Shown: positions 51,692 through 64,000 of the stretch, in pieces | How the letters are laid out: the number at the start of each line of letters is the position of its first letter | Numbering within the stretch: position 1 is the first letter of the stretch | DNA from: Macrostomum lignano | Taxonomy: Eukaryota | DNA: 64,000 bases | Direction: 5' to 3' | NCBI GenBank assembly: GCA_002269645.1 | Contig: NIVC01000695.1 | Coordinates: 186,001-250,000 of the forward strand | The notes under the pieces: model-generated | Told to the model about the DNA's origin: nothing | The model's input: the letters and a program-made list of their open reading frames with translations, nothing else | Databases searched by the model: none | Translations under genes and position numbers: made by a program

Positions 51692-52599
51692 TAAGCATAC
51701 CTGCGAAAATTGAGTTCCTAATACACGCAACTTAGCAGTAGCTTTCTTGGGAGTTGCTTCGCTTCCTATACAGTAGCTGATAGACGACTTTCTACACCAT
51801 TTTAATTTTCAGTCAGCCAGGAGTATCGACCGAAACCACAAGTTTCCTCAAGCAGTTGCTGCAGAGCCACATTCAAGAGTTGCTGTGGCACCAACCCAAC
51901 ACTTTACAACTGGTCCACTGTAGCATGTTATAGACACGATCTAACAGAAAATGAATTTTTTTCAGTTTTATTTTAAGTCTTCTGGTTTAAACTTACTTTG
52001 TACTGATAAATACGCAGAATTAAGTCATAGCTGGATTGTTTTTCGGTTGCGCCTGACTGTCTGACTATGAGAAAGTCCGGATCGCTGCATGTACACTCTG
52101 AATGTACATGACCGGTTTAAGATTATTGCATAAACTCAAACAGAATAAACCACTACGATTAGAAGTTGATAGGCTGAATCAAGAATTTTTTAGAGTCTAA
52201 TTAAATTATTATTAATCAGTTAGCTACGTTAAAAGCACAATACTGACTTTCACCAAGCAATGCAAAAATTATTCCAACGTTCGTAGGTGATAAAAAATTA
52301 GCTATAGTTATTACGAATGATTTGTAATGACACACCTTGCTCAAAAGAATCACGGCTCCAAAATTGAAAAATCCCATAATTTGCTAACAACAGCGTAGAC
52401 TAAACATCAGCTTGTTGAAAAATGACTAAAAATTCGATAGCAAAGAGTCACTGAGCTCACAGCTGACAGGCAGCAAGTCAGCAGCAATAGCAATGCATTT
52501 AATTGGGAAAAACAACTCAAAAAATGGGTACTCTCCGGAGTGAGATGAAAGCATTTATGAAAGTGGGAAAGGACGAGTAGGGAGACAGTGAATGAGTAG

Positions 52600-54240
52600 G
52601 GGAGAGAGCAGATGAGTAGGGGAGAGAGTGGATGAGTAGGGGGGAGCGGATGAGTAGGGGGAGCGGATGAGTAGGGGGAGCGGATGAGTAGGGGGAGCGG
52701 ATGAGTAGGGGAGCGGATGAGTAGGGGGTGGATGAGTAGGGGGAGCGGATGAGTAGGGGGTGGATGAGTAGGGGGGAGCGGATGAGTAGGGGGTGGATGA
52801 GTAGGGGGAGCGGATGAGTAGGGGGCGGATGAGTAGGGGGAGCGGATGAGTAGGTGGAGCGGATGAGTAGGTGGAGCGGATGAGTAGGGGGAGCGGATGA
52901 GTAGGGGGCGGATGAGTGGAGAGCGGATGAGTAGGGGGAGCGGATGAGTAGGGGTGGATGAGTAGGGGGGAGCGGATGAGTAGGGGGCGGATGAGTAGGG
53001 AGGAGCGGATGAGTAGGGGGAGCGGATGAGTAGGTGGAGCGGATGAGTAGGGGGAGCGGATGAGTAGGGGGCGGATGAGTGGAGAGCGGATGAGTAGGGG
53101 GAGCGGATGAGTAGGGGGCGGATGAGTAGGGGGGCGGATGAGTAGGGGGCGGATGAGTAGAGGGGAGCGGATGAGTAGGGGGAGCGGATGAGTAGAGGGA
53201 GCGGATGAGTAGGGGGGAGCGGATGAGTAGGGGGAGCGGATGAGTAGAGGGGAGCGGATGAGTAGGGGGGAGCGGATGAGTAGGGAGAGCGGATGAGTAG
53301 AGGGGAGCGGATGAGTAGGGGGCGGATGAGTAGGGGGGAGCGGATGAGTAGGGGGCGGATGAGTAGGGAGGAGCGGATGAGTAGGGGGAGCGGATGAGTA
53401 GGTGGAGCGGATGAGTAGGGGGAGCGGATGAGTAGGGGGCGGATGAGTGGAGAGCGGATGAGTAGGGGGGAGCGGATGAGTAGGGAGAGCGGATGAGTAG
53501 AGGGGAGCGGATGAGTAGGGGGAGCGGATGAGTAGGTGGAGCGGATGAGTAGGGGGAGCGGATGAGTAGGGGGCGGATGAGTGGAGAGCGGATGAGTAGG
53601 GGGAGCGGATGAGTAGGGGGTGGATGAGTAGGGGGGAGCGGATGAGTAGGGGGCGGATGAGTAGGGAGGAGCGGATGAGTAGGGGGAGCGGATGAGTAGG
53701 TGGAGCGGATGAGTAGGGGGAGCGGATGAGTAGGGGGCGGATGAGTGGAGAGCGGATGAGTAGGGGGCGGATGAGTGGAGAGCGGATGAGTAGGGGGGAG
53801 CGGATGAGTAGGGAGAGCGGATGAGTAGAGGGGAGCGGATGAGTAGGGGGAGCGGATGAGTAGGTGGAGCGGATGAGTAGGGGGAGCGGATGAGTAGGGG
53901 GCGGATGAGTGGAGAGCGGATGAGTAGGGGGAGCGGATGAGTAGGGGGCGGATGAGTAGGGGGGAGCGGATGAGTAGGGGGCGGATGAGTAGGGAGGAGC
54001 GGATGAGTAGGGGGAGCGGATGAGTAGGTGGAGCGGATGAGTAGGGGGAGCGGATGAGTAGGGGGCGGATGAGTGGAGAGCGGATGAGTAGGGGGGAGCG
54101 GATGAGTAGGGAGAGCGGATGAGTAGGGGGGCGGATGAGTGGAGAGCGGATGAGTAGGGGGGCGGATGAGTAGGGGGGCGGATGAGTAGGGGGGAGCGGA
54201 TGAGTAGGGGGAGCGGATGAGTAGGGGGGGAGCGGATAAG
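52600..54240. repeat. G-rich ~17-20 bp minisatellite (GAGCGGATGAGTAGGGGG)
   Basis: About 90 units; source of the 608-aa and 581-aa artefact ORFs. Confidence 0.96.
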
Positions 54241-54447
54241 AAAGGAGACAGCGGATGAGTAGAAGAGTGGATGAGGAGGGAAAGAGCGGTTTGGATGCAA
54301 AATTGTTAAAATTATTAGACAGGCAAAAATTATGACGGCTCAATGCACGTCAGGGCAATGCAATGCTTAGCAAAAAAGCTTTAAAACAATTCAGCCACCA
54401 TTAAAACCATGAAAACTAAAAGCACAGCAAAAGTTATTCGGGTTGGT

Positions 54448-57613
<3,166 letters not shown>

Positions 57614-58679
57614 CTGTGGACGACAGGAAGGTCGTGCATGCAGATGAAAATGCAGGTACAGATCCTTACTTACACTGCACATTGGCTGCCTAAGACATCT
57701 TGAATTAAAGCTACCAAAGTACTTAGATCAGGAGTCAGACAACTCCGGCTCGCAGTCTCACTATCCGGCCCTCGGGTCCTTGGAAACTTCACAATATTAA
57801 TCCGGACAGCTCAAGATTCGTGTCTCTGCTCAGCGCTCTTCACTCCCCCCTTCTCTCCTCTCTCCCCTTCCCTACTCTCTCCCCTTCCCTACTCTCTCCC
57901 CTTCTCTCCTCTCTCAAAGTTTGCTGACCCCTATACTAGATTTTAAAAATCTTCAAGTTTCAAAAAGTAAAACAAACAAACCAGAATTTCGCTGTAACTA
58001 TAAAAATTAATAACTTTTATTTGGACGGACGTAGTCTTATAATATTTTAGTTATTTTTTAAGTTTTGAAAAAAATGAAACTGACGTGCAACAAAACGTTT
58101 TGAAAGAGAGTCCCAGCTCAGAAATCGAACGGGAACTCAAAAAAAGACTGCACAGCAGGGAGCAAATGGAATGTACGACAAAAAGTGCTAGCCTGAAAAA
58201 TTTACGGAAACAATTTACATTAAACCTACTGTTAGTAGCAAGATTTAGTAGTTTACTTAGATTTAAATTGATACAATGTAAAGAATGAAGATTGATTGAA
58301 AATTTCGATTTGGGGGTTTGTCTTACATCCATGAGGGCCAATCCCCAATCCACAGTAAGTCGTTAAAAAGGTCGTTAAAAAAGTCACAAGAGTCGGCTAA
58401 GATGTGTGCAACCGACAGCTCAGCCGCAGCTATTGTCCAAGGACTGGGAGGGGTCGCCACACACCCTCAATTAGCTAATGCTGGCACACATTTTACAGCT
58501 GGGTGAACTGAATCAATGCAGAGTTACAAATCTTATCAAGTAGGTCGAAAATCGATTTTTCTAACTACTAAAGCTACAACCAATTTTGTTTGATGATAAA
58601 CCAATGAAAAGACACAACGTACTTTTACAGCTAAATAGTTTATTAAAACTAAAACCAGCTAAGTTTACGATGCTAACAA

Positions 58680-61600
58680 TCAGGCGCTAGAGGCGTCAAA
58701 GCTATCAGCGTAGCTGTACGCCCCTCCGCCGCTGCGCCCCGTGTCGCCGACGTCCTCCTCTTCGATTTCCTCCTCAAATTCCTGAGCAGCGTCCTCAGCC
58801 TCCAGCTGTTGCGATGGCGGCGACAGCACAGGAGGCGGCGGCGGAGTTATCGACTGCGCGGCCGCCGCCGCCGCTGCCGACGGGCCCCTGGAGGCGGCGC
58901 CTTCATCCTCAGCGTCGGAGTCTGGGAAATCGTTGAACTGCAGCTGGTGCCGCTGTTGAAAGGCGTCGCCGGAGTCTGCAGTTGGTTGATGTTGCTGCCG
59001 CTCGGCGACAACCGCGGAATCAGCTGCCGCTGCCGACGATGGTGCAGCAGGCTGGAGCAGCGGCTGCTGACCGGATGGCCCCAGGTCCTGCAGCACCTGG
59101 TCACCTGGGTTGGCGGGCGGGACAGAAAAGCTGAGCTCTGGGACACCTGGTGCCAACCAGCACCAGAAAGGCAACTGGTTCCAACCCAGAGACACCCCGT
59201 CCCAACCCAGAGACACCCAGTCCCACCCCAGAGACACCCAGTCCCACCCCAGAGACACCCCGTCCCAACCCAGACACCCCCAGTCCCACCCCAGAGACAC
59301 ACCCAGTCCCAACCCAGACACACCCAGTCCCAACTCAGACACCCCCAGTCCCACCCCAGAGACACACCCAGTCCCAACCCAGACACACCCAGTCCCAACC
59401 CAGACACACTCAGTCCCACCCCAGAGACACACCCAGTCCCAACCCAGACGCCCCCAGTCTCACCCCAGAGACACACCCAGTCCCAACCCAGACACACCCA
59501 GTCCCACCCAGAGACACACCCAGTCCCAACCCAGACACACCCAGTCCCACCCCAGAGACACACCCAGTCCCAACCCTGACACACCCAGTCCCACCCCAGA
59601 GACACACCCAGTCCCAACCCAGACACACCCAGTCCCAACCCAGAGACATCCAGTCCCAACCCAGAGACATCCAGTCCCAACCCAGAGACACACCCAGTCC
59701 CAACCCAGAGACACCCAGTCCCAACCCAGAGACACACCCAGTCCCAACCCAGAGACACCCAGTCCCAACCCAGAGACACACCCAGTCCCAACCCAGAGAC
59801 ACACCCAGTCCCAACCCAGACACACCCAGTCCCAACCCAGAGACACACCCAGTCCCAACCCAGAGACATCCAGTCCCAACCCAGAGACACACCCAGTCCC
59901 AACCCAGAGACACCCAGTCCCAACCCAGAGACACCCAGTCCCAACCCTGAGACACCCAGTCCCAACCCAGAGACACACCCAGTCCCAACCCAGAGACACC
60001 CAGTCCCAACCCTGAGACACCCAGTCCCAACCCAGACACCCAGTCCCAATCCAGAGACATCCAGTCCCAACCCAGAGACAACCCAAGCAGCTCACCAGTC
60101 AGCAGCTCCTGATCCCTAGCCAGCTGCAGGTGCCTCCTCAGCCGGTCATATGTCTGATCGGCATCCCGCTTAACCCTGGTAGCCCTGCTGTACATCTCGT
60201 CCCCGTTAGCGTCGTCGAACTGCAAGGAGTCGGCACCAACAGCTGCGGAATTCGTATCGACGAGATTGTCAGCATTTCTCGACTGTTGTCGCTTCTGCTG
60301 TTGCTGAGGCTTCTTGCTACGAGCAGCGGGTGAAGGGTTCTTGGCCGCTGGTCTGCCACGAGGAGGCTGGCGTTGCTGCTGCTGCTGCTGCTGTCTCTGT
60401 CCAGGGGACTCCACGGCAGCGGCACTTGGACCGGCGCCAGTCGAAACAGCTCTGTCAGCCAAATTGAGTCCGCTTGGTAAATTGTCCATGCCTGCGGCTG
60501 TGACCACTCTGCCTAGGCCTGCGGAGACAGGGATTGGCTTTGTTGAGCTGGCGGAATTCTGTCTGATATCTAACCCTATCTGTCTGATATCTAACCCTAT
60601 CTGTCTGATATCTAACCCTATCTGTCTGATATCTAACCCTATCTGTCTGACATCTAACCCTATCTGTCTGACATCTAACCCTGATATCTATCCCTATCTG
60701 TCTGATATCAAACCCTATCTGTCTGATATCTAACCCTTTCTGTCTGATATCTAACCCTTTCTGTCTGATATCTAACCCTATCTGTCTGATATCTAACCCT
60801 ATCTGTCTGATATCTAGCCCTATCTGTCTGATATCTAACCCTATCTGTCTGATATCTAACTTTATCTGTCTGATATCTAACCCTATCTGTCTGATATCTA
60901 ACCCTATCTGTCTGATATCTAACCCTTTCTGTCTGATATCTAACCCTTTCTGTCTGATATCTAACCCTATTTGTCTGATATCTAACCCTATCTGTCTGAT
61001 ATCTAACCCTATCTGTCTGATATCTAACCCTGATATCTATCCCTATCTGTCTGATATCTAACCCTATCTGTCTGATATCTAACCCTATCTGTCTGATATC
61101 TAACCCTATCTGTCTGACATCTAACCCTGATATCTATCCCTATCTGTCTGATATCTAACTCTATCTGTCTGATATCTAACCCTATCTGTCTGATATCTAA
61201 CCCTATCTGTCTGACATCTAACCCTGATATCTATCCCTATCTGTCTGATATCTAACTCTATCTGTCTGATATCTAACCCTATCTGTCTGATATCTAACCC
61301 TATCTGTCTGACATCTAACCCTGATATCTATCCCTATCTGTCTGATATCTAACCCTATCTGTCTAATATCTAACCCTATCTGTCTGATATCTAACCCTAT
61401 CTGTCTGATATCTAACCCTTTCTGTCTGATATCTAACCCTATCTGTCTGATATCTAACCCTATTTGTCTGATATAACCCTATCTGTCTGATATCTAACCC
61501 TATCTGTCTGATATCTAACCCTGATATCTAACCCTATCTGTCTGATATCTAACCCTGATATCTAACCCTTTCTGTCTGATATCTAACCCTATCTGTCTGA

Positions 61601-64000
61601 TATCTAGCCCTATCTGACTGATATCTAACCCTATCTGTCTGATATCTAGCCCTATCTGTCTGATATCTAACCCTATCTGTCTGATATCTAACCCTATCTG
61701 TCTGATATCTAACCCTATCTGTCTGATATCTAGCCCTATCTGTCTGATATCTAACCCTATCTGTCTGATATCTAACTCTATCTGTCTGATATCTAGCCCT
61801 ATCTGTCTGACATCTAACCCTATCTGTCTGATATCTAACCCTATCTGTCTGATATCTAACCCTATCTGTCTGATATCTAACCCTATCTGTCTGATATCTA
61901 GCCCTATCTGTCTGATATCTAACCCTATCTGTCTGATATCTAACTCTATCTGTCTGATATCTAGCCCTATCTGTCTGACATCTAACCCTATCTGTCTGAT
62001 ATCTAACTCTATCTGTCTGATATCTAACCCTATCCCTTTGACATCCGCTTAATGACAGTCCTCCAAATGACGTCAGCACATCTCATCCATCTATTCCCAC
62101 CGCCTGCACTCACCCGCATCCCTTAATATATCCAGAAATTTATGAAACCTCCTAAAAGAAGTCTCAATGCTCTCCAACAGTTCCTCATCCTGCAGGAGGC
62201 TGGCTCCGCCGCCCCTGCCAGCCTCCCGGATCCGCTGCTCAAGCTGACGTTTCAACGCCGAATTCTCCGCCCGAAGTCGGCGAGCCTCTTCGTCGGCACG
62301 CTGTCGACAGGCCGACTCGCGACGGAGCCGTCGGCGCTGATTAGCCAGCTCGATTTTCAGCGCCTTGATGGCGCTAGGCGCCGGCGGCGCCTCCTCCATC
62401 TCCTTGACCAGCGGGGACACCACCGTGGCGTCCTCCTCGTCGCCTGACTGCTCATCGTCGATGTCTACAAAATTGTCGTCCTCGTCGACAATCTGCTGGC
62501 GAGGTCGGAGAGGCTCGTCCAAATCGGCTGCAGTTCTGGGCGTGGCCATGGGGCTGGTCTTCTCCTCCAGGTGGCTCTTGCCCGGCGTGTGGTTGCTGGG
62601 GTAGCCTGGGATGGGAAAGATGATGATGAAGAACTCATGATTATCAGATTTTTAGGGCACTGATACTGTATGGAGGCACATAGTCGATCGTACGGCCCAC
62701 GTAGCTACAATTGAAATGTGTGAACCCATGTGAAATCGAATTAAAATAAGCAACCGGAAGTAGGAAATAAACTAAGCAATCGGAAGTAGGAAACAATCTA
62801 AGCAATCGGAAGTAGGAACCAATCTAAGCAACCGGAAGTAGGAAACAATCTAAGCAATCGGAAGTAGGAACCAATCTAAGCAACCGGAAGTAGGAACCAA
62901 TCTAAGCAATCGGAAGTAGTATCTAAGCAACCGAAAGTAGGAACCAATCTAAGCAATCGGAAGTAGGAACCAATCTAAGCAATCGGAAGTAGGAACAAAA
63001 CTAAGCAACCGGAAGTAGGAACAAAACTAAGCAACCGGAAGTAGGAACAAATTTAAGCAACCGGAAGTAGAACTAAACTAAGCAGCCGGAAGTAGGAACA
63101 AATTTAAGCAACCGAAAGTAGGAACCAATCTAAGCAACCGGAAGTAGGAACCAATCTAAGCAACCGGAAGTAGGAACAAATTTAAGCAATCGGAAGTAGG
63201 AACCAATCTAAGCAACCGGAAGTAGGAACCAATCTAAGCAACCGGAATTAAGAACCAATCTAAGCAATCGGAAGTAGGAACCAATCTAAACAATCGGAAG
63301 TAGGAACCAATCTTAGCAATCGGAAGTAGGAACCAATCTAAGCAATCGGAAGTAGGAACAAAACTAAGCAACCGGAAGTAGGAACCAATCTAAGCAATAG
63401 AAAGTAGGAACCAATCTAAGCAACCGGAGGTAGAAACTAAACTAAGCAACCGGAAGTAGGAAAAAATTCAAGCAACCGGAAGTAGGAAAAAATTCAAGCA
63501 ACCGGAAGTAGAACTAAACTAAGCAACCGGAAGTAGGAACAAATTTAAGAAACCGGAAGTAGAACTAAACTAAGCAGCCGGAAGTAGGAAATAAACTAAG
63601 CAATCAGAAGTAGGAACAAAACAAAGCAACCGGAAGTAGGAACCAATATAAGCAATCGGAAGTAGGAACCAATCTAAGCAACCGGAAGTAGGAACTAAAC
63701 TAAGCAACCGGAAGTAGGAACCAATCTAAGCGACAGGAGGTAGGAACCGGCTTCCTAATTAACGCGCGAAGAACAGGAAAAATGAGAACCAGCAGACGAG
63801 AACCAGAAGTAAAAGAGAGCTCACCCTTGTAGCGCGAGGCACGCTGCGCCGTGCGCCACGGAATACCGACACGCCTGCCGCTAGAGGCGCCCCCGCCTCT
63901 GTGCCCGTCAGCGGTAGGCCAAAAGGCCTCCGAGCCGCCATAGTAGCCTTCGCCTCCGCGCGGCTCAGCGCTGCGACTTCGCAGTCTGCTGACGCCCGCC
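58680..64000 (-). CDS. Uncharacterised coiled-coil / low-complexity protein, 5' end outside the window
   Basis: Exons >64000-63825, 62605-62114, 60518-60096, 59104-58680; all introns phase 1 and frame open throughout. Coiled coil LKIELANQRRRLRRESACRQRADEEARRLRAENSALKRQLEQR and motif ELLESIETSFRRFHKFLDILRDAG|LG. Family not recognised. Confidence 0.8.
59185..60080. repeat. ~22-24 bp intronic minisatellite (CCCAGTCCCAACCCAGAGACACA)
   Basis: About 38 units. Confidence 0.94.
60560..62035. repeat. 21-bp intronic minisatellite (CTATCTGTCTGATATCTAACC)
   Basis: About 70 units. Confidence 0.96.
62745..63740. repeat. 26-bp intronic minisatellite (AAGCAACCGGAAGTAGGAACCAATCT)
   Basis: About 38 units. 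Confidence 0.95.

Larger units (their letters stand above)
47325..51910 (+). repeat. Segmental duplication, copy B (interrupted by the lectin segment and a 2-kb insertion)
   Basis: Shares GAAAAAAGCTGCTGGTAA, TCTAGGCTATATAATCTACC, CTCCGTTATCCGCAGCTCCACTGCCGGT and long flank blocks with copy A. Confidence 0.85.

Noticed and set aside
52517-54343. 608-aa and 581-aa extensin-like ORFs
   Set aside because: Open in several frames because of a G-rich minisatellite; no unique coding sequence.
58809-60095. Multiple Pro/Gly/Trp-rich ORFs
   Set aside because: Intronic minisatellite of the coiled-coil gene.
60560-62035. Telomere-like TAACCCT in the 21-bp array (and CCCTAA in the 7784 array)
   Set aside because: Isolated hexamers inside longer units, not (TTAGGG)n tracts.

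Overview
Eukaryotic (animal) genomic DNA, not prokaryotic. It has spliceosomal GT-AG introns, a lophotrochozoan Post2-type Hox gene and very many minisatellites; this combination suggests a flatworm such as Macrostomum (inference only). Genes rebuilt by hand from splice sites and phase: Post2 Hox (+, 4 exons); SREBP (-, at least 7 exons); a secreted PAN-like plus ALK/LTK-type glycine-rich protein (-, 3 exons); a 10-exon secreted Pro-rich micro-exon gene (+) that the ORF track misses entirely; a disrupted F-type lectin sitting in a duplicated copy of that gene's promoter and 3' end; sideroflexin-5 (-); and a coiled-coil gene running off the right edge (-). Mobile DNA includes a 2.0-kb TG...CA solo-LTR-like insertion with a 4-bp TSD, a Gypsy gag-protease remnant, and small TIR elements with 8-bp TSDs, one nested inside another TIR element. 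About 30 distinct tandem arrays are present, many filling introns one array per intron. Most long ORFs in the supplied track are artefacts of these repeats. The best novelty candidate is the micro-exon gene at 40959-42401 and its cargo-swapped paralog at 47325-48480. Repeat boundaries are approximate; exon boundaries were counted by hand.
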